Assembly (NCBI GenBank): GCA_963787125.1
Contig: CAWBBV010000004.1
Span: 96,001 to 160,000, forward strand
Direction of reading: 5' to 3'
Length of the DNA: 64,000 nt
DNA from: an uncultured delta proteobacterium
Lineage (GTDB): Bacteria > Desulfobacterota > Desulfuromonadia > Geobacterales > DSM-12255
Made by a program: the position numbers and the translations under genes. The notes below the pieces were generated by a model. That model did no database searches, was not told where the DNA came from, and saw nothing but the letters and a program-made list of their open reading frames with translations. Below, one piece after another: positions 10,866-21,381 of the stretch (positions are counted from its first letter, which is position 1; each line of letters opens with the position of its first letter).

Positions 10866-11755
10866 TGTTTTCCACCTGAAAAGGTGAAATTGTCATTCTG
10901 CCGCTCAGCGCTGTTCCCGTAGCGATCTGCATGATAAGAACTCCTGACATACGGGGCGCTTTCCACGTGGGAGAAACCGAGCGCCAGAGCTTGGTCCCTA
11001 TAGCGGTCAAACTCGGCAGGTTCGATAAATTCCGCCACCGGATAGTGTTTACGGCTGGGGGCCAGATACTGGCCGATACTGAGATAATTGCAGCCTGTTG
11101 CCCGGATGGCGGCAAGAGTTGAGATGATCTCTGCAGATGATTCGCCGAGTCCCAGCATGATACCGGTTTTTGTCGGGATAGCTGGGGCGATGCTTTTCGC
11201 GGCAATTAGAAGGTCAAGCGAGCGCTGGTAATCGGCACCGGCCCGAATTGAGTAGAGCCTTGGCACTGTTTCGATATTGTGACCGAGAATATCCGGTTTA
11301 GCCTCAAGCACTATCCTTAGGCTCTCAAGCTCTCCCAGAAAATCCGGAATGAGCAGTTCGATGACAGTCGGAGGTGCAGCAGCCCTGATTGCGGCAACAG
11401 TTGCGGCAAAATGCCCGGCGCCGCCGTCAGGCAGATCATCACGGGTGGGGCTGGTGATGACCACATGTTGCAAGGAAAGCTTCAACACGGCTATGGCAAC
11501 CCTTGCCGGTTCAGCTGCGTCGAGCGGCGCCGGCAAACTGGATGACACATTGCAGAAACTGCAGCTACGGGTGCACTCCTTGCCCATAATGAGAAAGGTT
11601 GCCTGTTTCTGGCGAAAACATTCGGAGATATTGGGACAGGAGGCTTCCCGGCAGACCGTGTTGAGCTGCAGCGAAGTGAGCAGGCGGTCCATGTCGGTGT
11701 GCTCTTTTGGGGAGACTTTTTTCTGGAGCCAGTCTGGTTTACGGCGAATCTGCAT
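10862..11755 (-). CDS. lipA: Lipoyl synthase
   Basis: CREASCPNISEC, CTRSCSFC and RSSY motifs. Confidence 0.95.
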   Translation of the reverse strand: MQIRRKPDWLQKKVSPKEHTDMDRLLTSLQLNTVCREASCPNISECFRQKQATFLIMGKECTRSCSFCNVSSSLPAPLDAAEPARVAIAVLKLSLQHVVITSPTRDDLPDGGAGHFAATVAAIRAAAPPTVIELLIPDFLGELESLRIVLEAKPDILGHNIETVPRLYSIRAGADYQRSLDLLIAAKSIAPAIPTKTGIMLGLGESSAEIISTLAAIRATGCNYLSIGQYLAPSRKHYPVAEFIEPAEFDRYRDQALALGFSHVESAPYVRSSYHADRYGNSAERQNDNFTFSGGKQ

Positions 11756-11966
11756 TTTTCTCCATAAGTGGTTGGGTGTAATTTACCTGCCGGAACTGTA
11801 CCCAAAAATAACACAACCATGCCGTAGAGAAAAGAGCTGTTCGCACTTACCCAATTAGTGGTAAATATAAGTATATAAAAACTGTTGCCCGATATAATTT
11901 TTAGTTTACAATCATCTGCGCTATAAACTTTTCTCCTCCTTGATTCATAACTAACGGAGCGTTGCA

Positions 11967-13838
11967 ATGTTAATATCCCGCTCGAATTATTCGCCTCTAT
12001 TCCTCCCCATTTTCCTTTTAGCATTATTGACCTTTTCAACCCAGGCTGTTGCAGCAGAGCTTGAAGACGGGCTTTCCGCCTATCGCCGGGCTGACTATGT
12101 GACCGCTCTCAAGCTGCTGCTGCCGCTTGCGGAGGGGGGTGGCGCCGATGCCAGCTTCAGGGTTGCAGAGATATATTACAACGGTTTCGGTGTGCCAAAA
12201 GATACTCTCCAGGCGTTCAAATGGGCTAAAATTGCCGCTGACCAGGGGAACGGCAGCGCCCTGCGAAGAGTGGCAACGCTTTATGAGGCAGGCAATTCCG
12301 TCGCAAAGGATTTGACAGAAGCAAAACGCCTTTACAGCGAAGCTCTTGTCAAACTCCGCCTGGGGGCTGAGCAGGGAGATGACCAAGCCGAGTATGATCT
12401 GGCGAGGATGCTGGAATTCGGCGATGGTGTGGCTAAAAATCCGGCAGAAGCTTTCGTCTGGTTCACCAGGGCGGCAGAGCATGGCAACGTTGTCGCCCAG
12501 AATAATCTCGGCTGGAAATATGCCAATGGCAGTACGGTGCCGAAAAATGAACTGCAGGCCGTCTACTGGTATAACAGGGCCGCCGGGCAGGGGAGCCCGA
12601 GTGCGAAGCTTGGACTTGACAAACTGAAAGCGGTCGGCTGCACAGTCACGCTTCAGGAAGCGGAAACGTTTTACAACCAGCGCCGCTCAGCTGAAAGAGG
12701 GGATATTACTGCCCAGTATAATCTGGGCTGGATGTACGACAATGGCCGTGAAGGCTTGAAAAATGAAGCTGAAGCGGTCTATTGGTATAAAAAGGCTGCA
12801 GAAAAAGGTAACAGTGCGGCACAACTTAACCTTGGCAATATGTATTCTAACGGTCGTGGCGCTGTTAAGGATGAAACGGAAGCTCTTTACTGGTATCGCA
12901 AGGCGGCCGAGGACGGCAATGCCGCGGCACAGACCAACCTTGCCATCATGTTTGCCGGCGGCAGAGGCACAGTAAAAGATGAGCTGCGGGCATTCTTCTG
13001 GTATAAAAAGGCCGCCGAGCAGGGGAATATGATGGCTCAGGCCAACCTTGGGTGGATGTACGCCAATGGCAGCGGGACTGACAAAGATGCAGCGCAGGCG
13101 CTGAACTGGTATCGCAAGGCAGCCGAAAAAGGCGATGTGGCCGCTTCATACAACCTGGGCTGGATGTATGACAACGGTAGTGGTGTTGAGAAAGATGACT
13201 CAGCTGCTTTTTCCTGGTACTTAAAGGCGGCTGAAAAAGGTAACGCAGCTGCACAGGGGAATCTTGGCCTCATGTATTCTAATGGTCGGGGTACTGCAAA
13301 GAATCTGACCCAGGCGCTGCTCTGGCTGAAGAAGGCTGCTGCGCAGGGAGACCCGGTTGCCCAGACAAATCTTGGCTGGCTGTATGAGAATGGCGATGAC
13401 CAGATCCGAAACGAGGCTGAAGCAGTTATCTGGTATCTTAAAGGTGCTGAACAGGGGAATGTCATTGCTCAGGCGAATCTGGGGAATATGTACGCCAATG
13501 GCCGAGGTACGTCCCAGAATGAGACAAAAGCCTTTGTCTGGCTGCTGAAAGCGGCGGCAAAAGGTAACGCTGCGGCGCAAAACAATATCGGCCTTATGTA
13601 TGCTGGCGGCAAAGGGGTTGAGAAGAACGAGGTGACAGCTGCATCCTGGTATCTGAAGGCGGCGGCACAAGGTAATCCGCAGGCTTTGACGAATCTTGGC
13701 TACATGTATGAAAACGGCAGTGGTGTCGTCAAAAATGAACCGGAAGCGATCAAGTGCTATGAAAAGGCTGCCGGGCTGGGGTATCAGGACGCCAAATTTG
13801 CACTGGACAGGTTGACCGCAACTAAAACGGTCAAGTAG
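11967..13838 (+). CDS. Secreted Sel1-like repeat protein
   Basis: Signal peptide plus many AQxNLGxMYxNGxG...A..WY.KAA repeats. Confidence 0.92.
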   Translation: MLISRSNYSPLFLPIFLLALLTFSTQAVAAELEDGLSAYRRADYVTALKLLLPLAEGGGADASFRVAEIYYNGFGVPKDTLQAFKWAKIAADQGNGSALRRVATLYEAGNSVAKDLTEAKRLYSEALVKLRLGAEQGDDQAEYDLARMLEFGDGVAKNPAEAFVWFTRAAEHGNVVAQNNLGWKYANGSTVPKNELQAVYWYNRAAGQGSPSAKLGLDKLKAVGCTVTLQEAETFYNQRRSAERGDITAQYNLGWMYDNGREGLKNEAEAVYWYKKAAEKGNSAAQLNLGNMYSNGRGAVKDETEALYWYRKAAEDGNAAAQTNLAIMFAGGRGTVKDELRAFFWYKKAAEQGNMMAQANLGWMYANGSGTDKDAAQALNWYRKAAEKGDVAASYNLGWMYDNGSGVEKDDSAAFSWYLKAAEKGNAAAQGNLGLMYSNGRGTAKNLTQALLWLKKAAAQGDPVAQTNLGWLYENGDDQIRNEAEAVIWYLKGAEQGNVIAQANLGNMYANGRGTSQNETKAFVWLLKAAAKGNAAAQNNIGLMYAGGKGVEKNEVTAASWYLKAAAQGNPQALTNLGYMYENGSGVVKNEPEAIKCYEKAAGLGYQDAKFALDRLTATKTVK

Positions 13839-13850
13839 ACAGGGAATTTT

Positions 13851-15488
13851 ATGGGCCATGAATTCAAGCCGCGCAAGGTTTATGTAGCTGCATCGTGGAT
13901 GGCTCCCGTGGGGAGATATAGCGGTAGCGAGCGGGAAAAGCTCTCATTTCTACAGATGGCTGCCAAGGCTGCAACCGTCTTTGGCGAAACCACCATCAAA
14001 CAAAAAGATATCGAGGCGGTAATTGTCGGCTGCCAGAACCCGGTTGCCTTCTCGGGAGTTGACAACACGGCGGCAAAGGTCTCGGGGGTGCTTGGAATCT
14101 CCGGGGCCAAATCGGTACTGATTGATACCGCGTCCTCATCAGGTGCTTCTGCTGTGGAGTATGCCTATCTGCAGGTCGCTTCCGGGCGCTGCGACAATGT
14201 TCTGGCTATCGGCATCCAGAAGATGAGCGATGCCTCGACACCGGAAGCAACGAGGATCGTGGCAGGCGTCATCGACCGTGATGAGGCAGAGTACGGACTG
14301 TCAATGCCGGCCTGCGGAGCGTTGGTGGCGAGATCACTCATTGAGAGACTGAAACTCTCTCCCGACGAATGGACAGCGTTTTCTGCCCTCCTGACCCAGA
14401 GAGCGCACGGTTTTGCGGCCAGAAACCCTGATGCCCACCTCAACTTCGAGCTGCCGATGACTGAATACTACCGGCAGATTGCCAGCGGCAAAAACTACCT
14501 TTACTGGTCGCCTCTCCGCCTGCACGATTTTTGCCCCATGTCTGACGGCGTTGCCTGCATTATCCTGACCTCCAAACCCCATGAAGTCCTTGTTTCAGGA
14601 GTCGGCAGTGCGACCGACATCCCGACTATTGCCGATCGACTCTATTTCCACTCTTTTCCGGCCACAGTCCGGGCTGCGGCAGAAGCCTACGGCATGGCCG
14701 GGATCAAAGATATCAGGAGCTTTGCCGGGGCTCTGCATGTAAACATGCACGACCCTTTCAACGGTTTCGGGCCGATCAACATGGTCGATCTGGGGCTTGT
14801 GCCCCAATCTAAAATTATTACGGCTCTGCTTGAAGACTCGATTACCGGTGAGCGCGGTATGTTCCCGACTAATCTTACCGGCGGCCTGAAGGGACGCGGC
14901 CACCCTCTTGGGGCAACCGGCATGATTCAGGTTGTGGAAAACCACCAGATGCTGTTGACGAGGCGTTTTAAGGCCGGACTTTCCCATTCCATCGGCGGCC
15001 CGATCAATAATAACGTCGTCATCCTGCTTGAGCGGAGTGAAAGCTACGCCGCCCGCAACCCTAAATTATTCAAACCGTGGGGGATGCCAGCCCTTGGCCG
15101 CCTAAAACCTGCCGACATAGTGCTGGAGAAAATTATCGGTGATGATGGGCTGGAAGGCTCCTTTGTCACTGCAACTACCCGCTTCGATCACAGAAGCGGC
15201 GCAGCCCTTAATTCGATTCTGCTTGTCTCCTGCCCGACTGCCGCCGGTAAATTCAATTTTCTCTTCGGGATTGGCGGCGAACATTACGCTGCAGTCAGCC
15301 TGTTGAAAAAAGGTGAACGGGTAAATCTTGAAAAATCCGAAGGGACGTTCCTGGTCAACCGGATGCCTGCCAGGAGACTGTATCAGCGAACTCTGGCCGG
15401 CCTTGTCGAGATGGCCGGGACGGGGTGGCGCAAGCTGACGGGTCGAAACATGATAAACGGAAAAACTCCGAATAATCCCCCCGAATAG
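13851..15488 (+). CDS. Thiolase-family protein (SCP-x-like) with a C-terminal extension
   Basis: CPMSDG, HD and GHPLGATG motifs; the usual active-site Cys segment reads DTASSSG. Confidence 0.8.
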   Translation: MGHEFKPRKVYVAASWMAPVGRYSGSEREKLSFLQMAAKAATVFGETTIKQKDIEAVIVGCQNPVAFSGVDNTAAKVSGVLGISGAKSVLIDTASSSGASAVEYAYLQVASGRCDNVLAIGIQKMSDASTPEATRIVAGVIDRDEAEYGLSMPACGALVARSLIERLKLSPDEWTAFSALLTQRAHGFAARNPDAHLNFELPMTEYYRQIASGKNYLYWSPLRLHDFCPMSDGVACIILTSKPHEVLVSGVGSATDIPTIADRLYFHSFPATVRAAAEAYGMAGIKDIRSFAGALHVNMHDPFNGFGPINMVDLGLVPQSKIITALLEDSITGERGMFPTNLTGGLKGRGHPLGATGMIQVVENHQMLLTRRFKAGLSHSIGGPINNNVVILLERSESYAARNPKLFKPWGMPALGRLKPADIVLEKIIGDDGLEGSFVTATTRFDHRSGAALNSILLVSCPTAAGKFNFLFGIGGEHYAAVSLLKKGERVNLEKSEGTFLVNRMPARRLYQRTLAGLVEMAGTGWRKLTGRNMINGKTPNNPPE

Positions 15489-15591
15489 ATTTACAAAAGC
15501 GCCTATATGGCTTAAAGTGATCAACCTCTAAAAATCGTGATACTGACTCACAGTTTTCGCGGAAAACGGTTTTTTTTACAGGAGCGTTTCA

Positions 15592-16680
15592 ATGGAACAG
15601 CTTAAAAGCACCCCTCTTGCTTCACATCACCGCGCGCTTGGCGCGCTGATGGCTCCTTTCGGCGGGTGGGACATGCCGATCCAGTACGAAGGGATCATTG
15701 CCGAACATCGCGCCTGCCGGCAGCAGGCAGCTCTTTTCGATATCTGTCACATGGGCGAGTTCATCTTCAGCGGGGATATCGCTCTGGATGGGCTTGAAGA
15801 CGTCTTTACGTTTTCCGTGCTGACAATTCCGCCTGGCCGCTCCCGCTACGGCTTCCTTTTGAACGAAGCCGGCGGAATCATCGACGACCTGATAGTTTTT
15901 CGCCTGGCGGAAGACAAAGTTATGATTGTCGTTAACGCCGCCACGGCAGGCAACGATTTTGAAGTCATAAAGAGCCGTCTGAAAGGGGGCATACTGGAAG
16001 ATGTGACCGCTCAGACCGGCAAACTTGACCTGCAGGGACCGCTTGCCCGCGAAGTCATGGGGAGACTCTTTGAACCGGCGGTCTGTAATCTGCCCTACTT
16101 CAAGTTTACCAAAGCTCAAATCCTCGGGTTTGAAGCAATTGTCAGCCGTACCGGTTATACCGGTGAACTCGGTTTCGAGATTTTCATTCCGGCAGAAAAG
16201 ATCCCTGAACTGTGGGAACTGATCCTCAGCGATGACCGGGTCAAACCGGCCGGCCTTGGCAGCCGCGATCTTTTGCGACTGGAAGTTGGTTACAGTCTCT
16301 ACGGCAGCGACCTGAGTGAGACCATAACGCCGCTTGAAGCCGGTCTTGAGAGTTTTGTCAATTTCGAGAAAAACTTTGTTGGTAAGGATGCGCTTGTGAA
16401 GCTGAAGCAGAATGGCCTTACCAGAGTCAAGGTCCCGTTTAAAGTCTCTTCACGCCGCTCGCCACGCCATGATTACACCATTGCCAGCGGCAGTGATGCT
16501 GTCGGCGTTGTGACCAGTGGCGCTTTTTCGCCGATGCTCGGCTGCGGTATCGGTATAGGTTTTGTGCCGCCACAGTTGGCGGTGCCGGGAACAGCGCTGA
16601 CAATCGGCCACGACAGGGTGTCCATGGATGCAGAAGTTTGTCAGTTGCCTTTCTTTAAAGGCGGATCGCTGCGCAGTTGA
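15592..16680 (+). CDS. gcvT: Glycine cleavage system T protein
   Basis: FGGWDMPIQY, SRTGYTGELGFE and RDLLRLEVG motifs. Confidence 0.95.
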   Translation: MEQLKSTPLASHHRALGALMAPFGGWDMPIQYEGIIAEHRACRQQAALFDICHMGEFIFSGDIALDGLEDVFTFSVLTIPPGRSRYGFLLNEAGGIIDDLIVFRLAEDKVMIVVNAATAGNDFEVIKSRLKGGILEDVTAQTGKLDLQGPLAREVMGRLFEPAVCNLPYFKFTKAQILGFEAIVSRTGYTGELGFEIFIPAEKIPELWELILSDDRVKPAGLGSRDLLRLEVGYSLYGSDLSETITPLEAGLESFVNFEKNFVGKDALVKLKQNGLTRVKVPFKVSSRRSPRHDYTIASGSDAVGVVTSGAFSPMLGCGIGIGFVPPQLAVPGTALTIGHDRVSMDAEVCQLPFFKGGSLRS

Positions 16681-16733
16681 AAAAATAGGGTCGGAAGTCA
16701 GAATAAAGAAAAGAATTTTGGAGGAGTTAATTC

Positions 16734-17105
16734 ATGGAGTATTTTTTCACAAAAGAGCACGAATGGGTCAAGATCAGCGGTACAACCGCAACAGTCGGCA
16801 TCAGTGATCATGCAGCGCATGAACTTGGCGACGTTACTTTCGTTGAGCTGCCACAGGTCGGCAAAACAGTAAAGCAGTTCGAGACGCTGGCAGCGATTGA
16901 ATCCGTCAAAGCAGCCAGCGACATCTATTCACCTGTCTCTGGCAAGGTGATCGCTGTAAACGAGACCCTTGAAAGCACTCCTGAGGTGGTTAATGAGTCA
17001 GCCGAAGAGTCAGGCTGGATCTGCGTCCTTGAAGTTGCCGGGTCAGATGAACTTGCCAACCTCATGAACAGAAGTGCATACGAGGAATATCTCAAAAATC
17101 ACTGA
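16734..17105 (+). CDS. gcvH: Glycine cleavage system H protein
   Basis: HEW motif and the lipoyl-lysine motif ESVKAASDIYSP. Confidence 0.95.
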   Translation: MEYFFTKEHEWVKISGTTATVGISDHAAHELGDVTFVELPQVGKTVKQFETLAAIESVKAASDIYSPVSGKVIAVNETLESTPEVVNESAEESGWICVLEVAGSDELANLMNRSAYEEYLKNH

Positions 17106-17197
17106 ATCTATCATGCGGGAGCTGAGAACTGTGAAGATGCTTCTGATCCCTGATCCCGCAGTCAGGTTTTACAATTCCCGCTTTTAAGGAAAATACA

Positions 17198-18538
17198 ATG
17201 AGCTACTGTCCCAATACAGAAAACGAACAGCGGGAAATGCTCGCCGTCATTGGCGCTGCGTCCGTAGAAGAGCTGTTTACTGCAATTCCTGCCCCCTTGC
17301 GAGCCAAGAGCTTTGAGCTCCCTGCCGGGATGTCTGAGTTTGAACTCTTTGACAGAATGAAGGCGCTCGCCGGAGCTAATGCCGGCGATACACTGAATTT
17401 CATCGGTGGCGGCTTTTACGACCATATCATCCCTGCAGCCGTTGATCACCTTTCCGGCAGGGCTGAGTTCTATACCGCCTATACACCCTATCAGCCGGAA
17501 TGTTCACAGGGGACACTCCAGGCGCTTTTCGAATACCAGACTGCCATCTGCCGTTTGACTGGGCTGGACGTCTCCAACGCCTCTCTTTATGACGGCGCCA
17601 CTGCCTGCGCAGAAGCGGCGATGATGGCTCTGCGGGTGACCGGCAGAAACAGAATCATCGTTGACGCTTCGGTCAGCCCCTTCTCACGGCAGGTCCTGAA
17701 AACATATCTCTTTAATCTTGATATTGACATTATTGAGATCCAACCGGTTGACGCAGCGCTGGACAGAGATGAATTAAGCCGCCTGCTTGACGACACTGTA
17801 GCCGGAGTTCTCGTCCAGAATCCGAACTTCTTTGGCACTGTTGAAGATTTTACAGCTGTTGCCGCAGCAGCCCACGCCAAAGGGGCGCTCCTGATCGCCT
17901 CTGTCTACCCGATTTCACTCGGCATGCTCAAATCGCCCGGCGAGATGGGGGTGGATATTGCTATTGGTGACGGCCAGAGTCTCGGTAATCCGCTCTGCTT
18001 CGGTGGACCGTCCTTCGGCTTCATAGCCGCTAGAAAAACCTTCATCAGAAATATGCCCGGTAGAATTGTCGGCGAAACCGTTGACAAAAACGGTAAACGC
18101 GGCTTTGTTCTGACCCTGCAGGCGCGGGAGCAGCATATCAAACGCCACAAAGCGACCTCCAACATCTGCAGCAACCAGGGCCTCTGCGCTCTGCGCGGAC
18201 TTATCTTCCTTTCCCTGATCGGCAAAGAAGGCCTCGTTGAACTGGCCGCCCAGAACCGTGACAAGGCAGAGTACGCCAAAACCCGCCTGGCAGCAATTCC
18301 CGGCGTCAGGCTGCTGCAGTCAGCTCCGACTTTTAACGAGTTCACGATTACTCTGCCAAAATCTTCCCCGCCGATAGTTTCAGCTCTCCTGAAGAAAGGC
18401 TTTGCTGCCGGTGTGCCGGCTGGTGACTACTATAAAGGGCTTGAAAACGGTCTTATTGTGACCGTTACCGAGAAACGGTCGAAAAGTGAGATTGACCGCT
18501 TTGCCCAGGCGCTGCAGGAGGTGCTTCAATGCAACTGA
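17198..18538 (+). CDS. gcvPA: Glycine dehydrogenase subunit 1
   Basis: [17 protein letters not shown] and [18 protein letters not shown] motifs. Confidence 0.95.
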   Translation: MSYCPNTENEQREMLAVIGAASVEELFTAIPAPLRAKSFELPAGMSEFELFDRMKALAGANAGDTLNFIGGGFYDHIIPAAVDHLSGRAEFYTAYTPYQPECSQGTLQALFEYQTAICRLTGLDVSNASLYDGATACAEAAMMALRVTGRNRIIVDASVSPFSRQVLKTYLFNLDIDIIEIQPVDAALDRDELSRLLDDTVAGVLVQNPNFFGTVEDFTAVAAAAHAKGALLIASVYPISLGMLKSPGEMGVDIAIGDGQSLGNPLCFGGPSFGFIAARKTFIRNMPGRIVGETVDKNGKRGFVLTLQAREQHIKRHKATSNICSNQGLCALRGLIFLSLIGKEGLVELAAQNRDKAEYAKTRLAAIPGVRLLQSAPTFNEFTITLPKSSPPIVSALLKKGFAAGVPAGDYYKGLENGLIVTVTEKRSKSEIDRFAQALQEVLQCN

Positions 18539-19977
18539 TCTATGAGAAATCGATACCTGGGCGTCTCGGGGTAAAACTACCCGCCTCCGATGTTGCTGTT
18601 GCCGCTCCGCTTCCTCAAGGGCTTCTTCGCAAAGAGGCCGCGGCTTTGCCGGAGATATCCGAACTGGATGCCGTGCGTCATTTTACCAATCTATCCCGCC
18701 GCAACTTTTCGGTAGATACGAACTTCTACCCGCTCGGCTCCTGTACCATGAAATACAACGCCAAAATATTGGAAAACGCCGCAACACTTTTTGCGCCGTT
18801 CCACCCAATGACGGCCCTTTTGCCGGGCGGTGAGGCGTTCTGTCAGGGGACGCTCGGAATGCTGCAGGATCTCGGGAGCCTGTTGGCAGAGATCACCGGC
18901 ATGGATGAAGTGACGACCCAGCCTTTGGCGGGCGCCCACGGCGAGATGACCGGGATACTCCTGATTGCCGCCTACCATGCCGCTAAAGGGAACAAGGCCA
19001 AGAAGCGCTACGTCGTTGTCCCTGACTCGTCCCATGGGACGAATCCTGCTTCCGCAGCTATTGCCGGTTACGAGATCATAACCATTCCCACTGCTCCGTA
19101 CGGCGACATGGATCTGGAGCTGTTCAAAAAGGCGATGAGCGATGAAGTGGCAGCAGTCATGATGACCTGTCCCAACACCCTTGGGCTCTTCAACCCACAT
19201 ATTAAAGAGATTGCCGATATTGCCCACTCCCATGATGCCCTCATGTATTACGACGGCGCCAACCTTAACGCCATTATGGGAAAGGTTAAGCCGGGCGATG
19301 TGGGCTTCGATGTCATCCATGTGAATCTTCACAAAACCTTTGGCACCCCCCACGGCGGCGGCGGACCCGGTTCCGGGCCGGTCGGGGTGAAGAAGTCGCT
19401 GATTCCGTTTCTCCCCTCCCCGCGCATCATCAAAAACGGCAGCGGCAAACTCTCCATCGAAAGCGACAATGGCGCCAGCATCGGTCGTACCGCCAGTTTC
19501 TTCGGCAACTTCGGTGTCATGGTCAAGGCGTACGCCTACATCATTATGCTCGGCAAAGCCGGACTGATTGAAGTCTCTGAACAGGCCGTCCTCAATGCCA
19601 ACTATATCAAGGAGCGGCTCAAAGCCTACTACGACCTCCCCTACGACGTGACCTGCATGCATGAATGTGTTTTTTCCGCTGCAAAACAGGCCGCAAACGG
19701 CGTCCATGCGATCGATATCGCCAAGTTCCTCATTGACAAGGGGTATCATCCGCCGACCGTCTATTTCCCTCTGATTGTCAAAGAGGCGATCATGATCGAA
19801 CCGACCGAAACCGAAAGCAAGGCAACAATGGACGCTTTTATCGAGATCATGATCGAAGCGGCCAAGCTGGCAGAAAGCAATCCGGGAGCATTTGCCGCCA
19901 TGCCGGTCACCATGCCGGTGACCAGGCTTGACGAAACAAAGGCGGCACGCGAGCAGAAGATCTGCTGCATTGACTGA
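18529..19977 (+). CDS. gcvPB: Glycine dehydrogenase subunit 2
   Basis: [11 protein letters not shown] and [16 protein letters not shown] motifs. Confidence 0.95.
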   Translation: MQLIYEKSIPGRLGVKLPASDVAVAAPLPQGLLRKEAAALPEISELDAVRHFTNLSRRNFSVDTNFYPLGSCTMKYNAKILENAATLFAPFHPMTALLPGGEAFCQGTLGMLQDLGSLLAEITGMDEVTTQPLAGAHGEMTGILLIAAYHAAKGNKAKKRYVVVPDSSHGTNPASAAIAGYEIITIPTAPYGDMDLELFKKAMSDEVAAVMMTCPNTLGLFNPHIKEIADIAHSHDALMYYDGANLNAIMGKVKPGDVGFDVIHVNLHKTFGTPHGGGGPGSGPVGVKKSLIPFLPSPRIIKNGSGKLSIESDNGASIGRTASFFGNFGVMVKAYAYIIMLGKAGLIEVSEQAVLNANYIKERLKAYYDLPYDVTCMHECVFSAAKQAANGVHAIDIAKFLIDKGYHPPTVYFPLIVKEAIMIEPTETESKATMDAFIEIMIEAAKLAESNPGAFAAMPVTMPVTRLDETKAAREQKICCID

Positions 19978-20013
19978 AGTCGAGTTTATCTTAACCGGTA
20001 AGAACTGATAAGT

Positions 20014-20047
20014 AGCGCCCTGGCAGATAATTGTCAGGGCGTTTTTT
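20014..20047 (+). terminator. Intrinsic terminator after the gcv operon
   Basis: CGCCCTGGCA...TGTCAGGGCG stem followed by a T run. Confidence 0.75.
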
Positions 20048-20058
20048 GATGAGTCCTA

Positions 20059-20134
20059 ACCCTGATAAACAGGATAAGTGCGTTAACGAAGATATTGTCT
20101 GCCTGAAAAGCACAGAAAATATCTTCTAACTTAC
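20059..20134 (+). repeat. 76-bp dispersed intergenic palindromic repeat, copy 2
   Basis: 70/76 identical to 8698-8773; immediately upstream of sbcD. Confidence 0.8.
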
Positions 20135-20151
20135 GAAGGAATCGGTTTGCA

Positions 20152-21381
20152 ATGAAAATCCTCCACACCTCTGACTGGCACATCGGTCGGGCCCTTTACG
20201 GCCGCAAACGCTACGAGGAGTTCGAGCGCTTTCTCGACTGGCTGCTCGACTGCATTGCAGCCGAAGGGGTCGAAGCGCTGCTGATTGCCGGTGATGTTTT
20301 TGACAACAGCACCCCCAGTAACCGGGCGCTGGAACTTTATTACCGTTTTCTCTGCCGCTGCGCCGGGGCGGGGTGTCGCCACGTGGTGGTGACCGCGGGG
20401 AACCACGATTCACCCTCTCTCCTTAATGCTCCCCGCGAGCTGCTGCGGTTTCTCCATGTCCATGTGGTCGGCTGCATGACCGCCCCGACGGATGAGCTGG
20501 TGGTGCTGAATTCGGCTGCCGGCAGACCGGAGCTGCTTGTCTGTGCCGTCCCCTATCTGCGTGATCGCGATATCCGCCGGGCCGAGGCGGGCGAAACCTG
20601 TGAGGACAAAGGGCGCAAGTTGGTGGATGGTATTCGCGAGCACTACCTCCAGGTAGGCGCCGCAGCCCTTGCCAGACGCACCGAACTGGGGGGCAGTCTT
20701 CCCATTATCGCCATGGGGCACCTGTTTGCCAGCGGTGGTCAGACTGTTGAAGGAGACGGAGTGCGGGAGCTGTACGTCGGTTCCCTCGGCCAGGTTCGTG
20801 CCGATCTCTTCCCTGACTGCTTCGACTACCTCGCCCTCGGCCATCTGCACCTCGGCCAACTTGTGGGTGGCTCCGATGTCCGCCGCTATTCAGGGGCCCC
20901 TCTGGCGATGAGTTTCGGTGAAGCCGGCCAGCGCAAGACCGTGATCGCGGTGACGCTGGATGTTAACGGCATAACTGCCGCGGAAATAGCTGTGCCATGC
21001 TTTCAGACGCTGGCCACGGTGCGCGGCGACTGGCGGCAGATCAGCGAGCGAATTGCCGCGCTGAAAAAAGAGACTGTTCCGGTCTGGCTGGAGGTTATCT
21101 ATGAAGGGCTTGAGGTCATCGGCGACCTGCAAGAGCGTTTGCGGAACCTGATCGACGGCTCGCGCCTGGAAATTCTGCGCACCAAGAACATGCGTCTTGT
21201 GGCACAGACCCTGAGCCGGATGGCGACGGAAGAGACCCTCGATGATCTCAGCGTCGATGATGTCTTTGCCCGCTGTCTCAGCGCCCATGAAGTGCCGCCG
21301 GAGCAGCAGGCCGAGCTGGTGGCGACCTTTCGCGAGACTGTTGCTGCGCTCCATGAAGACACCTCATCGGGGGGGTTATGA
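20152..21381 (+). CDS. sbcD: SbcCD nuclease subunit
   Basis: HTSDWHIG, AGDVFD, GNHD and ALGHLH metallophosphoesterase motifs. Confidence 0.95.
   Translation: MKILHTSDWHIGRALYGRKRYEEFERFLDWLLDCIAAEGVEALLIAGDVFDNSTPSNRALELYYRFLCRCAGAGCRHVVVTAGNHDSPSLLNAPRELLRFLHVHVVGCMTAPTDELVVLNSAAGRPELLVCAVPYLRDRDIRRAEAGETCEDKGRKLVDGIREHYLQVGAAALARRTELGGSLPIIAMGHLFASGGQTVEGDGVRELYVGSLGQVRADLFPDCFDYLALGHLHLGQLVGGSDVRRYSGAPLAMSFGEAGQRKTVIAVTLDVNGITAAEIAVPCFQTLATVRGDWRQISERIAALKKETVPVWLEVIYEGLEVIGDLQERLRNLIDGSRLEILRTKNMRLVAQTLSRMATEETLDDLSVDDVFARCLSAHEVPPEQQAELVATFRETVAALHEDTSSGGL

Noticed and set aside
11967..13838. Sel1 periodicity as a DNA repeat array
   Set aside because: It is an ordinary protein-level repeat with diverged codons.
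15489..15591. Glycine riboswitch upstream of gcvT
   Set aside because: The spacer is only about 100 bp and shows no recognisable aptamer motifs.
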